Counted from the first letter of the stretch, positions 14,394 to 26,330 are shown. The stretch: DNA of 64,000 nucleotides from Bugula neritina (GCA_964035545.1 OZ037767.1:18320259-18384258), one strand, 5' to 3'. Numbers and translations: made by a program. The notes: generated from the sequence alone by a model not told the origin.

Positions 14394-15247
14394 ATGGTCG
14401 AAGCGAGAGACGAGCGTTTTGTTACAAAATTGAACTTTAGCAACCCGAATTTGCTCACTAGTTGGAAATTATTTAAACAACAATTTGACATTGTTAAGGT
14501 AGCAAAAAAATATGGTGATATGGACAATGAGGAGCAAATAGCTAACTTGTTGTTGCTAATGGGCCCTGATAGTGTACCCATATTTAATCAATTTACTTTT
14601 CATGCTACTGAAGCTGGGAGAACACGGACATTGCAAAATGTTATGGGCATGTTTCATAAACATTTTGAACCCGTTAAAAACATCATTTATGAACGTGTGC
14701 AATTTAATAACATTAGGCAAGGCGACCTCAACATTCATCAATTTATAACTCAAGTACAGTCGCAGGCTGATCATTGTGATTATGGAGAGATGCGCGACCA
14801 GTTAGTGAGAGACAGAATAGTGGTTGGGGTAAATGATAGTAAACTAAGAGAGCAATTGGTAGATATTGAAAATCTTGATTTAAACATATGCATTCGTAAA
14901 GCTAAACAGTTTACTAGTCATCACATGCAGGCTAGGCAGATTGCAACAGATGCTGCCGACGCTAATATGGATGTGCTCGGTGATTCGGCTAAAATAGGTA
15001 CTCTGAGGGGAGGAGGCAGTTTCAAGAGTCAGAGAGAGTTAGGCCTCCACCTAGAAAATGTTATTTTTGTAACAAGGTGTTCCACAGGAGGGATAGATGT
15101 CCTGCGAGAGACAAGTTTTGCTTTGTGTGCAAAGAAAAGGGTCACTGGAGTAAGTCGAAGGCTTGCAAGGGACCAAGTCAAGGCAAAAAAGTAGAACAAG
15201 TTAATCAAGAGTTAGAAGGATTGTTCTTGGGTTCTGGTTCAGATTGA
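14394..15247 (+). pseudogene. gag: Gypsy gag with one frameshift before the zinc knuckles
   Basis: WKLFKQQF...HFEPVKNIIYERVQF...DQLVRDRIVVG. Knuckles CYFCNKVFHRRDRC and CFVCKEKGHWSKSKAC lie in a shifted frame that ends at TGA 15245-15247. Confidence 0.88.
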
Positions 15248-17530
15248 CTAGGCTTTGATTTTATTAGTACCATAACTGAAACACCTAAAGGTTGGCTAAT
15301 GGATGTACGCTTAAATTCCCATCCAGTCACATTTAAAGTGGACACTGGGGCTGCTGTTACAGCTGTCCCAGCACACTTTAATAAATTTGTGAATGGTTTA
15401 CAATCTACAAGTAAGGTGTTAAAAAGTGCGGTGATGCCAGATTAAAGGTAACGGGCCAAGTGAACACTACAATTTCTCATAGAGATGTTTCAATTGATGA
15501 GACAATATATTTTGTGGAAAATCTTGTTACGCCATTATTAGGCAAACCGGCCATTTCTAAATTGAATCTAATTAAGTTTGTGAATGAACTGGATCTTGGT
15601 CATAGTTTATACAAGGCTTCGTGTGTAAAGGCGTTTCCTTCTTTGTTTAAGGGGTGGGGTTTAATTAATTCGGAGGTATCTATTTCCCTAAACACCAATG
15701 TTGAACCATTTGTTCAGGGTGTTCCAAGGAGGGTGGCAGCTGCTCGCAAGAAACCACTACAAGGAGAACTTAGAAGAATGGAGGACTTGGGAGTTATTGA
15801 AAAGATTGAGGAACCAACAGAGTGGTGCTCCCCTTGTATAGTAGTTCCCAAGAAGAATGGCAATCTTCGAGTGTGTATAGACTTCACTCAACTAAACAAA
15901 GCAGTCAGGAGAGAGTATCATCCACTTCCCACCACTGAGGAAACATTGAGTGAACTGGGACATTCAAAGGTGTTTTCGAAACTTGATGCCAACTGCGGCT
16001 ATTGGCAGATGAAGTTAGCGCAACAGTGTCAAAAGTTGAGCACGTTTATAACGCCTTTCGGCAGATATTACTGTAAGAGTCTTCCATTTGGGATCAGCTC
16101 AGCTCCTGAGATCTTCCAGAGGGAAATGCAGAAGGCGCTTATTGACCTTAAAGGAGTTGTGTGTCATATGGATGACATTTTGATTCATGGTACAACCACG
16201 AGGCAACACAACGAGAGACTAGTGGCAGTCATGCAAAGGCTCCAACTAGCTGGAATCACACTGAATGTAGACAAGTGTGAGTTTGGAGTAAATAAGACAA
16301 AGTTTTTGGGCCATGTAATTAATGAGTCTGGGATACGGGCAGATCCGGATAAGACCAAAGCTATTATGGATTTTCCCATACCATCGAACAGAAGAGAACT
16401 AAGACGGTTCTTTGGAATAGTAAATTATCTAAGCAAGTTCTCTCCTCAGATTTCTAGCAACACTCACCATCTGCGGCAGCTGCTGGGAAATAATGTAGAA
16501 TGGAGATGGGGTCCTCCACATACTGAACAATTTAATTGTTTAAAAACTCTGTTAGTTCAAACTCCAGTTCTAATTCCGTATTGTGTTGAGGTGGAGACTC
16601 TTGTTAGTGCGGATTCTTCATCTTACGGATTGGGAGCAGCAGTTTTGCAAAAAGTCAATGGTAATTGGCATCCTGTTGCATTTGCCTCTCGAGCTCTTAC
16701 AGCGGTTGAAAGAAGATATGCACAAATTGAGAAGGAGACTCTAGCCATTTGTTGGGCATGTAGTAAGTTCTCTTGTTATTTGTCGGGTAAGGACTTCCAG
16801 ATCGAGACTGATCATAAGCCATTAGTATCAGTTTTGGGAGAGAAAGAGCTTGCTAAACTACCTTTGAGGGTACAACGGTTTAGGCTTAAGATGATGTCGT
16901 ACAGTTATGCGATTGTATATACCCCCGGTAAGAGACTTGTTCTGGCGGACGCGTTGTCTTGCAGTCCAACGGAGGTGGAAATGTTATAATGTGTGAATTC
17001 GTCAGATGTTGATGAGTTGGAAGACTCAAGTGTTCTCGGCGCTCTTGTTGGAGATCTCCCTATTTCGTCTGGCAGGCTGGCGAGAATCAAGGCGGCTCTG
17101 TTTGAGGATGAGGTGGGAGTTGTGTTGCTCTAGTATATTACGGAAGGGTGGCCTAATATTAAGTTGGTTCCTGCTGCTATCAAGCCATTTTATACTTTTA
17201 GAGAGTTCATGACTCAAGTTGGTGGAGTGATTTACTATATGAATAGAGTGTTCATTCCAGAACCAGAGAGAGATCGCGTGCTTAGAGACATTCATAAGGG
17301 ACATCAAGGTGAAACCAAGTGTATAAGACGTGCGTCTGAAATCATATGGTGGCTTGGAATGACTGCACAGATCAAACAATTAGTTCAGCAATGCCCACAG
17401 TGTGAAGAACATCGAATTAAACATAGAGAACCTTTACAGACCACAGTCTTCCCAGAACGGCCATGGTGGAGGCTTGCAGTGGATTTATTCAACTGGCAAG
17501 AACATAATTTTGTGGTTGTGGTGGATTACT
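15248..17530 (+). pseudogene. pol: Gypsy pol: protease, RT, RNase H and integrase N-terminal part
   Basis: FKVDTGAA (Asp codon at 15341), LDANCGYWQ, LPFGISSAPEIFQ, HMDD, SADSSSYGLG, TDHKPL, HHCC motif, LAVDLF. One frameshift near 15430 and in-frame stops at 16987 and 17131. Confidence 0.92.
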
Positions 17531-20500
17531 TTGTGTCTCAGATTTTGTTCATATTTACACCAAATGGACCTACACATGTCCTGAGTACTATTATTGAATA
17601 TTTCTGGCTTGACACAAAACCTTTTTGAGAAATGACTATTTTCATGAACAAAGGTTGGGAAAAATTTTGAAGAAAATTTGCGATTTTTACTTTTAGACTA
17701 ATTTGTAAACGTCCATATCTCCATTATTTTTCTAGACTGAGCCTTAAAATTTTGTGTGTAATTTGATAACACCTATCAATTTGCACTAGTAATAACACAT
17801 ACTGCAGAATATTTTGTGTGCATATATGCTAAGCCATTGAATATTGGCAAATTTTTATGAATTTTGAAAAAATTCAAATATTTGCCACATCACAAAAAGC
17901 ATCAATTTTTATTTTACTTCAATGAATTTTTGTCTATAAACAGTTGATTATAGTGACTTTATACTCCTTAATTTGTGTTATTTTGAAAATAATATTTTCC
18001 GAGATATAGACACCCAAAGTGAAGAAAATGTGAAAATTCGCTCAACTTCACAAGGTTGTAACCCGATGCTTGAATACAGTAAAATCTTTCAAACAAGCAT
18101 TTTCTGTAACTTCATTTAGTGTATTTTGTAGATTCATAAATTTGAACGTCCTTATATTGTCCAAACTTGAAGTAAATCGCACGGGAAAATGGTATGTGTA
18201 CGAAAATCGGCAAAGTGCAATTTTTCAATATAATATGTTGGGATCATACATTTTTTATCATTCATATTGTTCAAAATATCAAGTAGATACATATATGTGT
18301 CCTATATATGTCAAATCTACTGAAGATTACAATAAAATTTGATTTGTGTGTATTAGCGTAAGAAAAATTTTGCCGATTGGCATTATATGATATTCCCATT
18401 AAGTTTCAGGTAGAAAATGTTATTTCTGTGAGTGAATGGTGTGAAACAGCTGAAATCTTGCTGGAATCAAGTACATTAAGTAGCTGAGGCAAGGAAGGCT
18501 TCAAAAAGCATACCCAAATATAACACCATGGTCCTGAACATAATAGGCCGAATTAGGTCAACATGGGGGTTAATGCATTCTGGAAACAATTGTGGCTTTT
18601 GAAACAGACCGTGTCGAAATATGGCAGAATGGTCCTAACCTCACCCTTATCAGGTTAATAATTTGCCCAGGCTAAGAATAATATTCATCATCCTGAAAAA
18701 ATCTACAACTTTTTCTTTTAAATGTAGAGAGAATGGTCTTCCAACTTTACCATCTCGTTCAAACAAAATTTCCTTTGCAGTTTTCTGGCTTGCTGGGCCA
18801 GGTAACTGTTTGCTTCAAATTCTATGGCTGTTCTATCGATGGTCCAGCTTTTCGTGCTAATGTCAATAACTAGACCCTCTCTAGTCACAAGAAAACTTCT
18901 GTGTCCTTATTCAAGGATCATACTAATTTGTTCAAATCTTTATGATTACTACGCTTCATACAGACATTTGTTGCTTCTGGGTGGAGTTCTTTATCATCTA
19001 TATCCTAGACTGTTTCTACCTTTTCAGTAATGACCTCCTGCACTTTCTTTCGTTTTCTTTTCCTATAGCTCACTTTACTAGATGGGCTAATTTTGCAGCT
19101 TTCAAGGAAGAAGCTCCCAAGTCTGTCATTCCAGTGTTTAGTGTCTGTGCTTCCTTCTCAACTTCAAGAAATGCATCATATTTCACTTTTAGTTTTCCGA
19201 GAGTATTCTGAGAGCTCAGCTTTTTTAAAAACAATTAATATTGCACAGTTTCTCTCTGATTCTACAGTTCAAAAGAGTAGAATTATACCAAGAGAGCCCC
19301 AAAAATTAGCCCTTCCAGTAAAGTGAACTATGGGAAAAAACAGAATCTAGTGAAGGAGGTCATTGCTAAGAAGGTTGCCACAGTTGCAAGTATAGAGGGA
19401 GAGGAACTCCACCCAGAAGCAACAAATGCTTGTATAAAGCCTATTAATCATAAAGATTTGAACATAATAATATGTTCCTTAAATAAAGTGAAAGTTTCTT
19501 CGGGACAAAAGAAGGTCCAGTTATTGACATTGGCACCAGAAATATGGACCATTGATAAGGCATCTATAGAATTTGGAGTAAACAATTATCGGTGTGTTGT
19601 AAGTTAGAAAAATGAATATTTATTATAGTAATAGACTGAAGAAATAGTAACGTAAAAAAAAGGTTATCTCATGAGTTACAAGTTGCCAGTACAAGTGTGA
19701 AAAGCAAGTCTGGATAAGAGAAAAACTGCTGGGTTTTTATAGTCATAAAAAAGTTAGCTTTTGTGTATTTGCTATAATGACAATGGGAAAGCATAATATA
19801 GCTGAGATGATATGTGAAAAGCTATCATGTATTACGGAAAAGCTTTCCCAGCCTATGCAAAAATCCAACAATTACTTTGCACAGCAAGCCAGAAGACTGC
19901 AAAAGGAGTTCTGTCTGAACCAGATACTAAAGTTGGAAGACCATTGTTTACAGTTATGAAAAAGAGAGTTGTAAATTTTTTCGGGATGATGAACATTAGA
20001 CATGGCATGAAGCCAATTACTTGATTCTTTAACCAGTACTGACCAAATTAGGGCGAGGTTATAGCCATATTATGCTATATTTAAGCACATCTGTTTCAAA
20101 AGCCACAATAATTTCCGACATGTATTAAACACCACCGTCATTGAATTAATTAGGCCTATTGTGTTCAGAGCCATGGTGTTATATTTGGGCATGTTTTTTT
20201 AAGCCACCCTTGCTTCAGCTACTTAATGTACTTGATTCCAGCAAGATTTCAGCTGTTTCACACCATTCACTCACAGAAATAACAATTACTACCTGAAACT
20301 TAATGGGAATATCATATAATGCCAATCGGCAAAATTTTTCTTACGCTATTACACACAAATCAGATTTTATTGTAATCTTCAGTGGATTTGACATATATAG
20401 GAAACATATATGTATCTACTTGATATTTTGAACAATATGAATAATAAAAAATGTATGATCCCAACATATTATATTGAAAAATTGCACTTTGCCGATATTC

Positions 20501-21209
20501 GTACACATACCATTTTCCCGTGCGGTTTACTTTAAGTTTGGACAATATAAAGACGTTTAAATTTATGAATCTACAAAATACACTAAATGACGTTACAGAA
20601 AATACCTGTTTAAAAAATTTTACCATATTCAAACATCGGGTTACATACTTGTGAAGTTGGGCGAATTTTCACATTTTCTTCACTTTGGGTGTCTATATCT
20701 CGGAAAAAATTATTTTCAAAATTACACAAATTAAGGAGTATAAAGTCACTATAATCAACTCTTTATGAATAAACATTTATGAAAGTAAAATGAAAATTGA
20801 TGCCTTTTGTGATGTGGCAAATATTCAAATTTTTTCAAAATTCATAAAAATTTGCCAGTTTTCAACGGCTTAGCATATATGCACACAAAGTATTCTGCAG
20901 TATATGTTATTACTAGTGCAAATTGATAGGTGTTATCAAATCACACACAAAATTTTAAGGCTCAGTCTAAAAAAATGATTGAGATATGGACGTTTACAAA
21001 TTGGTCTAAAAGTAAAAATCGCAAATTTTCTTCAAAATTTTTCCCAACCTTTGATCATGGAAATAGTCATTTCTCAAAAATTTTTTGTGTTAGGCTAGAA
21101 ATATTCAAGAATTGTACTCAAGACATGTGTAGGCCCATTTGGTGTAACTATGAACAAAATCTGAGACGCAAAGGCGTGGGCCATTGGTTGAGTTGACGCG
21201 GAATAACCC
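17531..21209. mobile_element. Non-autonomous fold-back DNA transposon, probably Sola2-like, inserted in the Gypsy integrase
   Basis: Inverted arms ~17531-19100 and ~19295-21170. Intact right end ...GAATAACCC followed by TATA. Transposase-like remnants (QLLTLAPEIWTIDKASIEFGV...GVLSEPDTKVGRPL) on both arms. Superfamily inferred from the GGG terminus, long TIRs and recalled motif similarity. Confidence 0.8.
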
Positions 21210-22061
21210 TATAGTAGATATATTGTGGTAAGGGAGTTGGAAGACTCCTCAGAATCTACTGTGTTAACAAAGATCCTTAACGAATTGGTATGTATGCTAG
21301 GTGTTCCAAACACTATTGTTAGTGACAACGGGCCACAATTTCGGTCACAGATATTCCAGGAATATTTGAGAAAATGGGACATTCAACACATTACAAGCTC
21401 TCCTCGTTATCCACAGAGTAATGGAGAGGTTGAGAGAGCTGTTCGCACTGTGAAGAACTTTTTGAAGAAAAATATAAGCTTACAGGAGTCTCTATGCATA
21501 TATAATGATACCCCACCTTTCAACGGTTACTCTCCCTCTCAGTTTTTATTTGGACAGTCATTGAATTCTATGGGTTTTGTGAATGAAAAAGGAGTAGATG
21601 CCTCACGACTCAAGGTTTTGGAGTCTGATTATCGTGGGAGGCAGTCAATGTGGTACAATAGGAGACATGCGGTGAGGGACAGGAGTCCATTTCAAGTAAA
21701 CCAGCCTGTGGTTGTTAGGGATCCTAACAAACCTACGGTTCATGCTACGGTAATTGGAGCGAGAGGCAGGGAAGTTCTTGCTGCAAGGGATACTGGAGTA
21801 GTGTTGCGCAGGAACCGAGCTCATATCTCCCGATCTACTGACGTTCGTGAACCCTTTACTGATTCTCCTCAACGGGGGTTGGGTGCAAGTGTTCCCCACT
21901 CGCCTATCAGACAGACCGATGTCCCTGTTAGACCCACGAAAGTTGCAACTTCTTTTCGAGAAGACAATTCTCCCCATCAAATACCAGTAACACCCCAGAG
22001 TCCGTCCTTTGTAACAACCAGGGGGAGGGTCTCTAGGTCCCCCAAGAGACTTAATCTTTAA
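21210..22061 (+). pseudogene. pol: Gypsy integrase C-terminal part
   Basis: Resumes YSRYIVVREL after VVVDY. VSDNGPQF and SNGEVERAV complete the DDE triad. Confidence 0.92.
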
Positions 22062-22110
22062 GCAGTGATAGAGTTGGACAACTCTATCAAATAACATTGT
22101 GTTGTAGATC

Positions 22111-22824
22111 ATGAGGACTTACATCATCGGAAACTCTATTGTTCGGGGATTGGAAGATCTCTCATGGACTACGATCAGAATCTCAGGAGCCAACTGGGAG
22201 ACTCTATTTAGTTACGTAAACAATAATCAACGTATATTTTCAAACTCAATTATCTATTTCCATATAGGTCCGGTTAGATTTTCACAAATGAATTCATCTA
22301 GAAGGTGTTTTCTGGTGACAAATAGTAATGTTGAACCAGACAGCTTTTTCAATCCGTACTTTGAAACATTTTATAACAACTATATTCATATTATTCTCTG
22401 CACAATCTACCCTCTTAATTTTCAAAAGTATAATGACGTGTTTGATTCTAGGAACGCAGACTTCACCTGTAGAATACGTAGCATGGTGGTATCAGAGAAT
22501 AGAAGGATAGTAGGTTTTAACATGTCGTCGGGGTTTGCCACCCCATATATGCATAAAAGAATTTTTACAAAACGACATGGAACATACTCGTTTAGAGATA
22601 GATTTCTCAGAGATGGGTTACACCCAAATAATTTGATATTGAGAGACTGGATAGAAGAGTTAAAACGTGTACAGAGGATAAACCTGCACGGGGTTATACG
22701 ACGTGCCGAGCGTGCACGTTGGATAGTCGCTTTTTTTTTCTCTTTCACAACGTTTGTTCAAATGCTTAAACAAAATAAAAAAAACAAAATAAAAAACCAA
22801 AAGAAAATTAGAGTGACTTTCTGA
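22111..22824 (+). CDS. SGNH/GDSL hydrolase-like ORF3 of the Gypsy element
   Basis: Block I IIGNSIVRGL, block II ISGA, block III-like FHIGP, block V RDGLHP. Intact ORF between pol and the 3' LTR. Confidence 0.78.
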   Translation: MRTYIIGNSIVRGLEDLSWTTIRISGANWETLFSYVNNNQRIFSNSIIYFHIGPVRFSQMNSSRRCFLVTNSNVEPDSFFNPYFETFYNNYIHIILCTIYPLNFQKYNDVFDSRNADFTCRIRSMVVSENRRIVGFNMSSGFATPYMHKRIFTKRHGTYSFRDRFLRDGLHPNNLILRDWIEELKRVQRINLHGVIRRAERARWIVAFFFSFTTFVQMLKQNKKNKIKNQKKIRVTF

Positions 22825-23019
22825 AGACCATACGAGGTGCCGGGCGAGCACTTTATATGTTCATATCTATTGGTTACTTACATTAACATTTGTTAAAAAA
22901 AATATATATATGTATACACCCCTGAGCCTAGAAGCTATACTGCTCTCTTGTGTGCTGGTTTTGTTGTAGAGTGGTGTGGAAGCACCCGCAAAAAGGGGAA
23001 CAGTGACTTTGTGAGAAGG

Positions 23020-23128
23020 TGTAAGAGGTGGACTCGGTATTTGGTACGAGGTCACGCGAGAGTGGAGAGGAGACCGGCGAGGCATTCTATGCTTAGCGCT
23101 ACTTAAGGTTAGTCGACTTATTGTTACG
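23020..23128 (+). repeat. 3' LTR
   Basis: Identical to the 5' LTR, preceded by a weak purine tract (GAGAAGG). Confidence 0.96.
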
Positions 23129-23469
23129 GTTCTGAGTATTGGTTACTACTATAGTTCTGAGTATTGGTTACTACTATAGTTCTGAGTATTGGTTACTACT
23201 ATAGTTCTGAGTATTGGTTACTACTATAGGTCTGAGAATTGGTTACTACTATAGTTCTGAGTATTGGTTACTACTATAGCTCTGAGTATTGGTTACTACT
23301 ATAGTTCTGAGTATTGGTTACTACTATAGTTCTGAGTATTGGTTACTACTATAGTTCTGAGTATTGGTTACTACTATAGTTCTGAGTATTGGTTACTACT
23401 ATAGTTCTGAGAATTGGTTACTACTATAGTTCTGAGTATTGGTTACTACTATAGTTATCAGTATTGGTA
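23129..23469. repeat. 25-bp minisatellite, right part, ~13 units
   Basis: Same unit and phase as 13597-14025. Confidence 0.96.
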
Positions 23470-23599
23470 GAGCAGAAAGCAAAAACAAAATTTTTTTTAA
23501 GAATCATGGGCAAAAAGTTGGAAACAGGGTGATGCACCAAAACAAGAGTTATATTCTCAATAAAGTAGATACACGACTTCAAATTACAATGATATTGGT

Positions 23600-26330
23600 C
23601 AAAACTCCTGTATTACAATGTATTACACCATATTACAGTGCAAGGGTGTTCAACCTTCTCAGAGTAAGGTCCACTGAAATGGAATATATTGTGGCAAACG
23701 CCACATTGTAAAATTTCGATTGAGCTGGGTGCCGCATCATCAGTATTTTTCAAGTTGATGTATTAATTCCAATTTCTTATGAAACATTACACAACGAAGT
23801 CCCAATAATTACTTCAGGCTGCATCTTTTAGCATGTATAAGAAAAAGACATTTAAAAGGTGGTTTTTCTATTTTAATTCATTTACATGCGCAAAATAATT
23901 TTATTTGCTATGCCTCTGATGGCCACATAAATGTAGGCTGGGGGGGGCCACACTGGGCCCCCGGCCCCTTGTTTGACAGATCTGTTATACTGTACTACAG
24001 TGGCCTACCATGTATTGGAGTAGATTACAGTGTATTACCATGTATTACAGCAGATGACAGTGTATTACAATGAATTACAGTATATTATAGTTTGTCACAG
24101 TATGTTAAATGTATTACCTTGTATTACTTTGGATTAAAGTGTTTTGTGGTGGATTATATTGTATTACAGTGCGTTACAGGGAATTACAGTCAATTACAAT
24201 AATTTATGGTTTATTATTACTTCATATTACAATGTAATACAATGTCTTGGATTGAGTTACAATATATGACAGTGTATTACAGCACGTTATAATTTATTGC
24301 ATTATATTATAGTTTATTACAGATTATTACGGTTTATTTCTAGTTGAAACAATATATTGCAGTGTATCGCAATATATTATATTGCTATATATTACGGTAA
24401 CTTGCAATGTATTACATTATGTTACATGGTTTACAGTGCATTACAGTGGATTGCAATGTCTTACAGTATATCACAATATCTTTTAGTGAGTTGCAATGTA
24501 ATACAATACATTATAGTGGCTTAAAGTTTATTACAGCTGATTACAGTGCATTACGGTAGGATACAGTGTTTTGTAGTAGATTATAGTGTAATACAGTGTA
24601 CTACCGAGTAACGTTAGAGAATGCTGCAATATAGTACCATGTGTTGGGGTATATTACAGCATACTACAGTGTTACAGTATTGCAGTGTGTTGCAATTTAA
24701 TATAGTTTAATTCATAATATTACTGTGTATTACAGTATATTACATTGCATGACAGTGTCTTAATACATCAAACTGCAAAGTTTTACAGCATATTACAATT
24801 AGTTACAATTGATTACAGTCTATAACAGTGTATAGAAAAGTTTTTCATTGAGATATGATGTATTACGGTCAATTTTGGTATTTTTAGATGCACTGGAGTA
24901 TATTACAGCATATTACAGTGTATTACAACATACAATGGTGTTATAAACTATTTTTCGGAATATTACTGTGTAAAACAATATATTGCATTGTAATACAGGA
25001 TGGTGCAATACATTACTATATCTTTTAAATGTATTACATAATATTACAAGGTATTGCGTTGGATCACAGTGTATTACAGTGCATTAATGCAATATTTTAC
25101 AGTATAATATTACAGTGTATTACATTGGACTACAGGGTTTTATTTAGATTAAATGTCACACTATTGCATTATATAGATATATTACAATATTACATTGTAT
25201 TACATTATATTACATTGTATCACATTGGATAAAAGTGGTTTCTAGTAGACTATATTGTCTTACAGTATCTTACAGTGTATTACAGTGCATCAAAGTATAT
25301 TGCAATATTTCACAGTACATTACATTACATACATATTACATACAATATACTACATTGCAGTATATTACATTGTATTACAGTGGACTACAGTCGATTAGAG
25401 TGTATTACAATACATCACAATGTGTTATATCATGTTGCAGTGTATTACAGTTTACTACAGTTTATTTCAGTGTAAAGCTATATATATTGCAGTGTTTTGA
25501 AGTATTGTGCTATATTTTTTAATATATTACAATATATTAAATTATATTACACTGCATTATAGTGTACGGCAATGTTTTATAGTAGATTGCAGTGTGGTAC
25601 AGTGTAATGCAGTTTATTACAGAGAATTACAGTGTTTTACAGCGTATAACAGTATAAATATTCAATATATTCCAACATAATACAATACACTGGGTTGAAG
25701 TCTATCACAATTTATTAGGGTGTCACTGTGTGTTGCAGTATATTGGTATTATGGTATATAGAGCAGAATATTCCAGTATCCTGCAATAATTCACAGTATA
25801 TTATATAATGTGTTACAAAGGATTGCAATGTGTTACAGCATATTGCAGTATATTGTGATGTACATGGGTATATTACAGCATGCTACAGTGTATTATAATG
25901 TATTACTGTGTATTACCTTATTTAATTACTGTGTACTAGCTACAGGCTATATATTTTACTTTATTATTGCAATACACAAAAGGTGTATTACTTTGCGTTA
26001 CAGTATATTACAGTGCATTGCAGCAGATTACAGTATATTGCAGTTTAGTTTAAGGTGTTACAGTATATTGCATTATCTTGTAATGTGTCAATCTATATTA
26101 CTGCATATATTACAGTATGTTTCAATGTTTTACAATATTCCGCAGGGTAGTACAATATAATCATATCTATTATATTTTATTTCAGTGTAGTATTACAATG
26201 TATTATATTATATTCTAGTGCAATAAATTGTATAAAAGTGGATTACAGTTGATTAAAGTACATTGTACAACAGTGCATCACAGTTGACTGCAATTTATTT
26301 CTGTGTAAAACAATGTATTGCAGTGTAATA
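23600..26330. repeat. Degenerate 10-bp satellite (TATTACAGTG-like), inverted relative to the 1-9750 array
   Basis: Its reverse complement reads TACACTGTAA/TATATTGTAA, like units of the first array. Confidence 0.8.
23641..23984. mobile_element. Degenerate hAT-type MITE
   Basis: Ends CAAGGGTGTTCAAC and GTTTGACAGATCTG, GGCC-rich subterminal motif, imperfect 8-bp flanks TTACAGTG/TTATACTG. Confidence 0.55.

Larger units (their letters stand above)
14026..23128 (+). mobile_element. Full-length Ty3/Gypsy (Mag-like) LTR retrotransposon with an extra SGNH ORF and a nested DNA element
   Basis: Identical 109-bp LTRs, 5-bp TSD GTTCT (14021-14025 and 23129-23133), tRNA-Leu PBS, gag with two CCHC knuckles, PR-RT-RH-IN order. 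Confidence 0.96.

Noticed and set aside
18070-20632. Pair of near-identical 90-aa ORFs (18070-18342 + and 20360-20632 -)
   Set aside because: Mirror images inside the inverted arms, with TTG starts and no recognisable domain; probably non-coding.
21645-22748. Antisense ORFs over the integrase tail and ORF3
   Set aside because: Shadow frames of the sense-strand coding sequence.
25029-26160. ORFs in the degenerate satellite
   Set aside because: Low-complexity translations of the repeat.
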